DNA of 64,000 nt from Polyangiaceae bacterium (lineage in GTDB: Bacteria; Myxococcota_A; Polyangia; Polyangiales; Polyangiaceae): NCBI GenBank assembly GCA_044376115.1, contig JBILLK010000009.1:1-64000 (forward strand), given 5' to 3'. The notes beneath the pieces were generated by a model. It was not told the DNA's origin, did no database searches, and saw only the letters and a program-made list of their open reading frames with translations. The first letter of the stretch is position 1. Each line of letters begins with the position of its first letter. This document shows, one piece after another, positions 56,517-64,000 of this stretch. The translations under genes were made by a program, and so were the position numbers.

Positions 56517-57464
56517 TCAGCGGGCCTGGCCGAGCTTCGCGATGGACGCGGGCGGCCTCGTCAGCGCGATGCGCAGGCGCTCGCGCTCGAGCGTCACCGC
56601 TCGCAGGATTGAGGTGAAGAGTTCGAAGTGATCCTCCGTCACGTCATCGATGTCCGTCTGGTCGATGACGACGATCGACGTGTCGCGGAGCGCGGTGATC
56701 GCGTACTCCCCGAGCACCTCGCCGAACCCGCAGCACTCGAGCACGAGCTGGCCTCGGCCGAAGCGCGCCGCGAGCGGGGGCGCGATGCGGTGCTCTGCGT
56801 GCACCTCGCCCCTTACCACGACCAGGAGCTTGTCGGCCGCTGCGCCGGGCGGAAACACGAGCTGGCCCGCTGAGGCGTGGATCATGTGTGCCTTCTCGGA
56901 GAGCTCGGTCAACGCTTGAACGCTCGCTCCGGAGAAGCCCTCCACCTCGCGGAGCGCTAGCAGCCGGGTGAGGACCGAGTCTGCGAGCAGCAGGGGCTCG
57001 TCATCGACGGGGGGCGCGCGAAAGCCGCCCGTCTCCGGGACACGCAGGCGATCCCCGTGCAGCGCGGTCGCGATGGTGCGCCGCACTCGGCTCGAGAAGG
57101 GCGGGTGGTCCTCCAGCGCGTCGAGCCAGTCTGCGAACGGCAACATGAGCAGCTCCGACGGAGAGGTCGCGCGCGCGGTCCAGAGATGGGGCCGACGGGC
57201 GCCTGCATCCACGACGCCGACCACGTCGCCCCGTCCAAACGTGAAGACCAAGTCGTCGTCGCCCGCGAGCTCGACCGCTCCTGCGACGATGAAGTAGATA
57301 TGCCGAGGAGCGTCCCCCTTCTCGAAGATGATGCCACCAGTCGCGACGCTGACCGGCTCGATCGACTGGGTGACCTGCCGTATGACCTCGCTTGGGGGCG
57401 CGACGAGCACGAACTTCCGCAGGAACAGCTCGTACTCGATGCGGCGCTGTGAAAGGTCGGTCAA
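56517..57464 (-). CDS. Tandem cyclic-nucleotide-binding domain protein
   Basis: IFEKGDAPRHIYFIVAGAV; VFPPGAAADKLLVVVRGEV. Confidence 0.85.
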   Translation of the reverse strand: MTDLSQRRIEYELFLRKFVLVAPPSEVIRQVTQSIEPVSVATGGIIFEKGDAPRHIYFIVAGAVELAGDDDLVFTFGRGDVVGVVDAGARRPHLWTARATSPSELLMLPFADWLDALEDHPPFSSRVRRTIATALHGDRLRVPETGGFRAPPVDDEPLLLADSVLTRLLALREVEGFSGASVQALTELSEKAHMIHASAGQLVFPPGAAADKLLVVVRGEVHAEHRIAPPLAARFGRGQLVLECCGFGEVLGEYAITALRDTSIVVIDQTDIDDVTEDHFELFTSILRAVTLERERLRIALTRPPASIAKLGQAR

Positions 57465-60208
57465 AGGTCAGCTCCCTGGGCTAGCTGCGGTAAGGCGCTC
57501 TCCGCTCCGAGACGCCCGAGCTGGGGTCGGGAGGACAGCGCACCGCGAGCCTCCTTGATGAGCGCAACGAGCCCGGACTCGAGCACGTGGTAGGTCGCCA
57601 TCGCCGCGAGCAGTTCGTCGCGGTCGTGCATCAGCGCCTTCACGGCGTCGTCGTGCGAGGGCGGCGTGTCCCGCAATCGCAGCGCATCTTTGAGGAGTCG
57701 CGCGCGTTGCACGACGTCGGAGTCGTCGAGCGCGGCGCGCAAGCCTTCGCGCAGGCTCGACAGAGAGAAGGAGAGCGCGTCGAGGAACTCCCCCGCGTTG
57801 GCGCGTGCTCGCTTGTCGCCACGCGTGAGCGCCAAGAACACCCCGTAGATGTCTTCTCCTCGGTGTGCGACTCCCAGGCAGCGGAAGGTGCGCTCGAGGG
57901 CTTGTTGAACCTTGTCCTCCACGAGGGCGAGGAGGGCTCGCTCGACAGGGGTCTCCGGGTGCTTGAGCGGCGCGTCGTGGATCGACAGTGCTGCCGAGAC
58001 GGAGAGCATCCGGGCGTGCTCGGTGAGGTTGCGCAGCGCCTCTCGTTCGAAGATGTCGACGTCGAATCGGAGCCGGAGCTTGGGGTCCTTGTTCGCCTCG
58101 ACCGAGAGATGGTTGAGCGCGCGCAGGATCTTGAACCGCACCCGGCCGTGTGGCTCGGACTCGAGCCGCTGGGAGAGGAAGTCCACGGCGTCCTGCCGGT
58201 GAAAGCGCATCAAGGTGCGCGGAAGGTGCAGGCGCACGGCGCTCGGGGTCTCCTCGTCGAGGAGGGCCTGTCTCAGCCGCGCGAAGGCCGGATCGCCGAG
58301 CGCCACGAGCGCCGCGCGAGCCGGCGCGCGCGCGGCGCGATCCCCGAGGGCGGTCACGAGCAGGTCGATCAGGCTGGTTTCGCCGGTGGATTGCACGGCC
58401 GGCGCGAGGTGCGCCTTGAAGGCCCGCTTGGACGCGTCCCGCTCGGCGATGCTCCGGACGATCCCTCGGTGTCGCGCGTCGCCATGCACCGCGATCACGT
58501 CGAGCAGGTGCTTGCGTGTCGTGTAGCCGTCCTCCCCCGCCGCCTCGAGGACGCGACGGATCTCCGGGTGCAGCTCGGGGCTGCTCGTGTCCCAGGCCGA
58601 GAAGAAGGCCGCGGCGGCGCGGATGGACTCGTCCGGATCGATGAGCCCACGACGAAGCGGCTCCGTGTCGCCTGCTGCGGCCGCGCGTCGGAGCGCTGCG
58701 CGCCGAAGCTCTACGGAGCCGTGGGTGAGCAGATGAGCGATGTGCTCCCGCCAGTCGGTGCGGTCGGGGGTCGCGATGAGGGAGAGCGCACGCAAGACCA
58801 CGGCCTCCGAAGGATGCAAGAGGACCAGCGCGGGTAGGAGCCGCGGGTGTTTGGTGCCATCGATGACGTCGAGCGCCGCGAGCGCAGTCGACTCGTCGCG
58901 ACTCGAGATCGCCTCCATCAGGCTCTCCATCGACGCGACGTTGAACGTCGCGGGGCCATCCTCGCGGGAGAGCCGCCCGAGGGCGAGCGCCTTGCGGAAC
59001 ACCTGCAGATAGGGCCGCCGAATCATGGCCGCGATGACCGCCCAGCCGAGCGCGAGGCACCCGATCGCGATCGAGAGGGTCGGGACGCTCACGTAGCCGA
59101 GCGTCGAGAGCCCGAGCAAGGCGGCGGCGACCCCGGCCTGTACGCCGCGCGAGAACACCGTGTCGCTCAGCGTCTTGACCTTGTCGCGCTCTCCTTTGGA
59201 GACCGGCAAGAGCAAGAGCTCACTGGTCACACGGTGAAGCGAGTGTCGGAGCCCCCCATCGATCGCCTTGAGCATCACCACCGTGGCGAACGCCCCGGTG
59301 AGCGCCACCGCAGCAGAGGCGCCAGCGAAGAGGAGCGGACAGAGCAGGATGGCGGTGACCACGCCCAAGCGCCTTACGATCAGCGGAGACAAGAGCAGCT
59401 GCACGCTCAGCGAGACGACGTTCGTTGCCGCGTAGAAGATGGCGAAGAAGCGCGCCAGGTCCACCTCGGAGAACCTCGCCGCTGCAGTGGACTTGAACAG
59501 GTAGTCGACGGCGAGGAGCGCGGCCGTCGAGACCGCGGTTAGCGCCAGGATGAGGTGGCTGTAGCTGCGGACGGAGGTCTCCTCCGGCGCGATCTCCCCT
59601 GCCTTGAGGGCAGGTATGCGCTCCCCTGCCTCTTCGCCGGGGACGGCGAACGCGACGATCACGGAGGCGCACCAGAAGAGCCCAGCGGCGACCGAGATGA
59701 TCGACGTGACCTTACCGAACTGCAGGATGATCGAGGCGAGGCCCGCCCCGATGACCGCGCCGAGCGCTCCGCCCGCAGCGAGCGGGCCGAACAGGCGCTT
59801 GCCTTGCGCCACCGTGAACTGCTCGGCCGCCACCAACCAGAACTGCATGATCGTGAGCGTGGCGATGACGCCCGTCGCGACGTAGAGGACGTAGAGGAGG
59901 GTGGGCGTGACGGGTCGGAGGGCGATGAGCGCCGCGATGAACGCACTCTTCGTCAGGGTGAGCGCGAGTGCGGACCTCCGGCCCAAGGCTCGCGAGAGCC
60001 ACGCTCCGAACCGGCTCAGCACCAGCGCAAGCAGCGCGAGCGCGACATAGACGAACGTCAGGTGGCTCGCCGGTAGCTTTTGCAAAAACAACGCATCGCG
60101 CGCCGTCTCGAGCATCGTGTGTGCCGCGATGGTTACGCCAAGGGTGGCCGCCATCGAGACCAGGCGCCGACGCTCGTCGGCCCGCACATCGAACCCAAGC
60201 AAGGTCAT
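57461..60208 (-). CDS. NTT/TLC-like nucleotide transporter fused to HEAT repeats
   Basis: LETARDALFL, QFW...QGKRLFG, DYLFK, LRHSLHR..ELL; HEAT repeats in the C-terminal half. Confidence 0.85.
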   Translation of the reverse strand: MTLLGFDVRADERRRLVSMAATLGVTIAAHTMLETARDALFLQKLPASHLTFVYVALALLALVLSRFGAWLSRALGRRSALALTLTKSAFIAALIALRPVTPTLLYVLYVATGVIATLTIMQFWLVAAEQFTVAQGKRLFGPLAAGGALGAVIGAGLASIILQFGKVTSIISVAAGLFWCASVIVAFAVPGEEAGERIPALKAGEIAPEETSVRSYSHLILALTAVSTAALLAVDYLFKSTAAARFSEVDLARFFAIFYAATNVVSLSVQLLLSPLIVRRLGVVTAILLCPLLFAGASAAVALTGAFATVVMLKAIDGGLRHSLHRVTSELLLLPVSKGERDKVKTLSDTVFSRGVQAGVAAALLGLSTLGYVSVPTLSIAIGCLALGWAVIAAMIRRPYLQVFRKALALGRLSREDGPATFNVASMESLMEAISSRDESTALAALDVIDGTKHPRLLPALVLLHPSEAVVLRALSLIATPDRTDWREHIAHLLTHGSVELRRAALRRAAAAGDTEPLRRGLIDPDESIRAAAAFFSAWDTSSPELHPEIRRVLEAAGEDGYTTRKHLLDVIAVHGDARHRGIVRSIAERDASKRAFKAHLAPAVQSTGETSLIDLLVTALGDRAARAPARAALVALGDPAFARLRQALLDEETPSAVRLHLPRTLMRFHRQDAVDFLSQRLESEPHGRVRFKILRALNHLSVEANKDPKLRLRFDVDIFEREALRNLTEHARMLSVSAALSIHDAPLKHPETPVERALLALVEDKVQQALERTFRCLGVAHRGEDIYGVFLALTRGDKRARANAGEFLDALSFSLSSLREGLRAALDDSDVVQRARLLKDALRLRDTPPSHDDAVKALMHDRDELLAAMATYHVLESGLVALIKEARGALSSRPQLGRLGAESALPQLAQGADL

Positions 60209-60339
60209 CCGCCCTTCATGGATCCAGGCGCGCTGCGATTTACGTTCTTCATGTGAAGAAACCTCAAGGCTGCTCCCGGCGACGTTGGTCGGACGCTCCG
60301 CCCTGGCCAGACCGCGTCGGCGGGTCTACACTACTGCGC

Positions 60340-60714
60340 ATGATGCGTCGCTCCGAGCGTTGTCACAACCTCGAGGGTCAAAGCGTGGAGACGCGGATGC
60401 GCTCCGGCGTCTTCATGCTCGGCGCGTCGCTCCTCCTGCTGGTCGGGCTGGCCAAACTGGAAGCTCACGTGGTCTGGGGTCTCTTGGCTGTGCCGCCCCT
60501 TTATGGAGCGTTTCTGCTCACCTATCAAGCCAGCCTTCGCGTTTGCCCATCGAAGGCCAAGCGCGGCGTCCGCGACTTTGGCTCCGGGGACGAGCGCATC
60601 CTCTGCATGGCGGAGACGGAACGGCTGCTACGGCGGGCCAAGGCCGTTCAAGCCTTGTCCATGGCGTCGGCGTCGCTCGTGGGCATCGGGTTCCTCGCCC
60701 TCGCCAAGCTCTGA
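60340..60714 (+). CDS. Small membrane protein
   Basis: CHNL...R, TM pair, QA..VC...RG.RD, C-terminal TM; TACACT box 7 nt upstream. Confidence 0.65.
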   Translation: MMRRSERCHNLEGQSVETRMRSGVFMLGASLLLLVGLAKLEAHVVWGLLAVPPLYGAFLLTYQASLRVCPSKAKRGVRDFGSGDERILCMAETERLLRRAKAVQALSMASASLVGIGFLALAKL

Positions 60715-60765
60715 GCTCCGCGTCCTCAACCCGCCGTCGCCTTCGTGCCGCTGAGGACTTCGCGC

Positions 60766-61575
60766 TCAGCCGCCCATGAAGGCTTTTTTCATTGCCGCTA
60801 CCGAGACTGAAGCGCCGCCCAGGCCCCAGCCGCCGTCGACGGCGATCACAGCGCCGGTGACGTAGCTCGCCATCGGGGAGGCCAGCCACAAGCAGCAATT
60901 GCCGATGTCGCGGACGGTGCCAAAGCGCTTCAGCGGTACGGTGTCTGCGACCAGGGCGCGCAGCTCGGCGGTGGGCGCGAGGCGCTCCACACCCTCGGTG
61001 TCGGCGATCGGTCCCGGCGAGATCGAGTTCACCCGCACGCCGAGCGGGCCCCACTCCATCGCACCCACCCGCGTCACCATATCGATGCCGGCCTTGGCGG
61101 CGCACACGTGCATCTGCATCTCCATCGGCACGTAGGACTGCGGCGCTGTGATGTTGATGATCGAACCGCCCGGCTGCCTCATGTGCGGCAAGGCGGCCCG
61201 CAGCACATGGAAGGTGCCCAGCAGATCGATCTCGACCACCGAGCGGAAGCCCTTCGGCGAGATGCCCATGGCCGGGGCAGGGAAGTTACCGGCGGCGCCG
61301 GAGACGAGTACGTCAATCGGCCCGAAGGTCTCTTGGGTCTTGGCCAGCGCGGCCTCCACCAAGGTGTGCTCGCGAACGTCGGCAGCGAAGCCGAGGGCCT
61401 GGCCGCCCTCGCGTGCGGCGCTCAGCTTGGCGACCGCTGCATCGACTTTGGCTTGCGAACGGGAGAGCACGGCGACGCGCGCGCCGGCCTCCGCGAAGGC
61501 CATGGCGATGCCCAGGTTGATGCCGCTGGTCCCGCCCGCCACAAACACGTTCTTGTCGGTGAAATCGAAGCTCAT
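60766..61575 (-). CDS. SDR oxidoreductase, 2,4-dienoyl-CoA reductase-like
   Basis: GGTSGINLGIA, SGAAGNF, HVCAAKAG, SPGPI. Confidence 0.92.
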   Translation of the reverse strand: MSFDFTDKNVFVAGGTSGINLGIAMAFAEAGARVAVLSRSQAKVDAAVAKLSAAREGGQALGFAADVREHTLVEAALAKTQETFGPIDVLVSGAAGNFPAPAMGISPKGFRSVVEIDLLGTFHVLRAALPHMRQPGGSIINITAPQSYVPMEMQMHVCAAKAGIDMVTRVGAMEWGPLGVRVNSISPGPIADTEGVERLAPTAELRALVADTVPLKRFGTVRDIGNCCLWLASPMASYVTGAVIAVDGGWGLGGASVSVAAMKKAFMGG

Positions 61576-61683
61576 GGATCGGCCTTCGCACAACGGCGCG
61601 CCGCGGTCATCCGTCTCATGAAAGCACCGCGAGCAGGCGCAAGAAGGCCGAGCACGATCGCGCGTACGGCGGCCTCGCTTTCG

Positions 61684-62532
61684 CTAGGCGATCGGCGGCG
61701 GCAGGCCCATCGCTCGCCGCGCCTCGTGCATCGCCGCAGTGATCTCGGCCTGCTGATCGCGCACGACGAAGGTCTCGATCGAAGGCGGCGGTGCACCCTC
61801 GATCGGCTTGCGCATCACGTACACGCGCACCAGCACAGCCTTGCCTTCACGCGGCACGACGTCGACGCGTCGCTCCACCTGCAGGCCGGCAGCGTCAGCC
61901 GCTTGTTCCCCGCGCTGATCGAGGAGCGCGCCGGTACAGGCGACAAATCGCCCGTTCGGCGCGAGCAGTCGGCTCGCCGTGAGCGCGTACTCTTCGATGC
62001 CGCCGCGCGTCTCGAAGCAACACGGCCCCCGTTGCTCCTTCTCACTCACCAGGCCGTGACCGAGCGGAATGTACGGCGGAGTACCGGTCACGAGATCGAA
62101 CTCGGGCTCCGCAGCGAGCTCACGCAGGTCCCCCAACTTCACCTCGCAACGTTCGTCGATGCCGTTGAAACGAAGAGAGCGCCGGGCCAACCCAACGCTG
62201 ACCTCCTGCGCCTCCACACCGCGCACGGTGGCGTGCGGAAAGCTCCACGCCACCATCATCAGCACCGAGCCAATGCCACAGCCGAGATCGATGCAGCGCA
62301 TCGGTGTGGTCTGCGGCTGCTGGCTGGCAACCCAGGCCGTGACGAAGTCGTCGAGCGACCAACGATGCCCGTCGCGCTTTTGAAAGATGCGAAAGTCCCC
62401 GGTCAGGTAGCTCAACGTCTCGTCGGAGCGAGGTGCGAGCTCGGGGTCACCCAGCGCTCCGCGGGGTTGCGGGCCAGGAGCAAGCCAACCGGGAGGTCGG
62501 CGGGGGGCTTTCGGCAGGGCGTTGTCCAACAT
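61684..62532 (-). CDS. SAM-dependent methyltransferase (tRNA1(Val) A37-N6 MTase-like)
   Basis: IFQKRDGHRWSLD, IDLGCGIG, GTPPY. Confidence 0.88.
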   Translation of the reverse strand: MLDNALPKAPRRPPGWLAPGPQPRGALGDPELAPRSDETLSYLTGDFRIFQKRDGHRWSLDDFVTAWVASQQPQTTPMRCIDLGCGIGSVLMMVAWSFPHATVRGVEAQEVSVGLARRSLRFNGIDERCEVKLGDLRELAAEPEFDLVTGTPPYIPLGHGLVSEKEQRGPCCFETRGGIEEYALTASRLLAPNGRFVACTGALLDQRGEQAADAAGLQVERRVDVVPREGKAVLVRVYVMRKPIEGAPPPSIETFVVRDQQAEITAAMHEARRAMGLPPPIA

Positions 62533-62897
62533 CAGTACCTCGTATCGAGGGGCATCACCGGCCGAGCCGGCTTGGCCGTTGCTTCAGGCAATGCGGCTGG
62601 CGCTACCGTCGGTGCAACGGCCAGTCCCAGGCAGTCTTCAGCGCTCAGGATGTGCGGCGCCATCAAGAAGATGTGCGCAGGCGGATCCGCCGCCGTCGGA
62701 CCTGGGAGGTCAACCCCAACCACCGAAGGTCGCGCACCGTTTTGATAGGCCGCGACCACGGCCGAACAAACGCGTTCGCGGTAAAGGGCCTTCAACACCG
62801 CTGGCTCGGTACCGAGCGTCGTAGGCGCTGGCCGGCAGCTGCTGGCGAGCAGCGTCAGAACCGCTGCCCTGTGGACCAACCTTCTCACGATCACCAA
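62532..62897 (-). CDS. Hypothetical lipoprotein
   Basis: Lipobox ASSC; fills the gap in the operon and overlaps the next start. Confidence 0.5.
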   Translation of the reverse strand: MVIVRRLVHRAAVLTLLASSCRPAPTTLGTEPAVLKALYRERVCSAVVAAYQNGARPSVVGVDLPGPTAADPPAHIFLMAPHILSAEDCLGLAVAPTVAPAALPEATAKPARPVMPLDTRY

Positions 62898-62922
62898 GCG
62901 ATCCAGTTCACCAAGCGACGCC

Positions 62923-64000
62923 TCAAGGAGTGGGCGCGCTGCCTAGATGTTGCGGATTGCCCGGCATGATCTGCGTGAAGTCGGCGGCGGTGTTGCCGGT
63001 GTCAGTCGCGTTCCCAGCCGCGCCTCCGGGCCCACGCTCGAAGCCGCGCTCGGTGTTGCCGCTGACGTACACGAACGGCGTCCCTTCACAGTTGTAGCCC
63101 GCGACGAAGGGATTGCCGCCAAAGTAGAAGCAGGCCGCATCGATGATGGTGTTACCGCGACGGATGATGACGCTCGGTTTGTCGGGGACGAGGCCAGCGT
63201 TGTTCTCCTTCTGATCGGCGATCCCAGGGTAGCCGCTGCCGGAGAGCAGCAAGTGCCCGTGTGCCGGGATGACCTGGCCGTTGCTGGTGAACTTGACCAC
63301 GTAACTCGCGCCGCTACCGCGGGTCGCAACCTGCAGATCCGTCGGCAGGGTCACCGCGTTGTCGCGAGGGTTGTAGAGCTCGATGTAGTCGTCGGTTGCG
63401 CCGTTGGGGCCGGAGGGCCGCACCTCGCTGATCAGCAGGTTGTACTCGGCACAAACGCTGGCGGTGCAAACCGCCGAGGTGCAGTCCTCGTCGTCGCCGC
63501 AGCCACCACCAACCTCGCAATCACCGCAAGGCCCGCCACAGTCGACGTCGCTCTCGCCTTGGTTCTCGAAGCCGTCGGTGCAGGACGGCGAGCACACGCC
63601 ATTCGTGCAAACGCCAGAGAGGCAGTCCGACGAGAGATTGCAGTCCTGCGTGAGCTCGCAACCTCCGCAGCTGGGCCCGCCGCAGTCGGTGTCGGTCTCC
63701 AGCCCGTTTTGAAGGTTGTCATCACAAGCTGGTGGCACGCAGTTGAACTCTGGCGTGCATAGCTCGAGGCCTTCGCAGTCGAGATCGGTGAGGCAATCGA
63801 CGCACTGGCTGTCCTCGGTGCAAACATTGCTCACGCCACCACAAGCGGTGCCGGCTGGAACGGCCACATGCTCGGGGGCGCCGTCGAGGCAACTGTCAGT
63901 GGTGCACGGGTTGCCGTCGTCATCGACGTCTGCGTCGTCCGATTCGGTCGTGATCTCTCCGCTTCCGTCGCAAATGTTGCGTTGGCAATTGCCTGGCGTC
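62923..64000 (-). CDS. Cys-rich repeat protein with lamin-tail domain, 5' partial
   Basis: ETDxDCGG repeats, LLISEV...DDYIELYNP; frame stays open to the window end (DDDGNPCTTDSC). Confidence 0.88.
   Translation of the reverse strand, partial: TPGNCQRNICDGSGEITTESDDADVDDDGNPCTTDSCLDGAPEHVAVPAGTACGGVSNVCTEDSQCVDCLTDLDCEGLELCTPEFNCVPPACDDNLQNGLETDTDCGGPSCGGCELTQDCNLSSDCLSGVCTNGVCSPSCTDGFENQGESDVDCGGPCGDCEVGGGCGDDEDCTSAVCTASVCAEYNLLISEVRPSGPNGATDDYIELYNPRDNAVTLPTDLQVATRGSGASYVVKFTSNGQVIPAHGHLLLSGSGYPGIADQKENNAGLVPDKPSVIIRRGNTIIDAACFYFGGNPFVAGYNCEGTPFVYVSGNTERGFERGPGGAAGNATDTGNTAADFTQIMPGNPQHLGSAPTP

Noticed and set aside
60361..60387. Third ECF promoter TGTCACA-N16-CGTG
   Set aside because: Falls inside the likely CDS starting at 60340 (encodes CHNL), so probably coincidental
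57468..62745. Long alternative-frame or antisense ORFs (e.g. 57468-59060, 61108-62745, 39172-40629, 12261-13517)
   Set aside because: Arg/Ala/Pro-rich shadow ORFs typical of high-GC DNA, overlapping genes with clear family motifs

Overview
GC-rich bacterial DNA whose gene repertoire points to a myxobacterium, probably Polyangiaceae-like: Ser/Thr kinase + PEGA/TPR + kelch operon, RCC1 and FGE-sulfatase lipoproteins, Cys-rich secreted proteins. The window starts in the right end of an IS3 element and holds about 55 CDS, mostly accessory lipoproteins, regulators and redox enzymes. No rRNA, tRNA or CRISPR array was seen. Highlights: (1) a selenoprotein split by the ORF track (AhpC/TSA-like, RHFG-U-LFC, with a SECIS-like hairpin); (2) an unexplained gene pair, ankyrin-GNAT fusion plus 2OG-Fe(II)-oxygenase-like protein, divergent from a NUDIX hydrolase; (3) an orphan, degenerate TssB-TssC sheath fusion near an orphan PAAR gene; (4) a one-gene acyltransferase islet bounded by a 97-bp duplication of the neighbouring gene's 3' end; (5) a ~200-bp element of two hairpins 156 bp apart, present at two loci; (6) back-to-back ECF-type promoters, many apparently leaderless genes, and a disrupted ycaC/amidohydrolase operon. 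All family assignments come from motif recognition by eye; no database searches were run.
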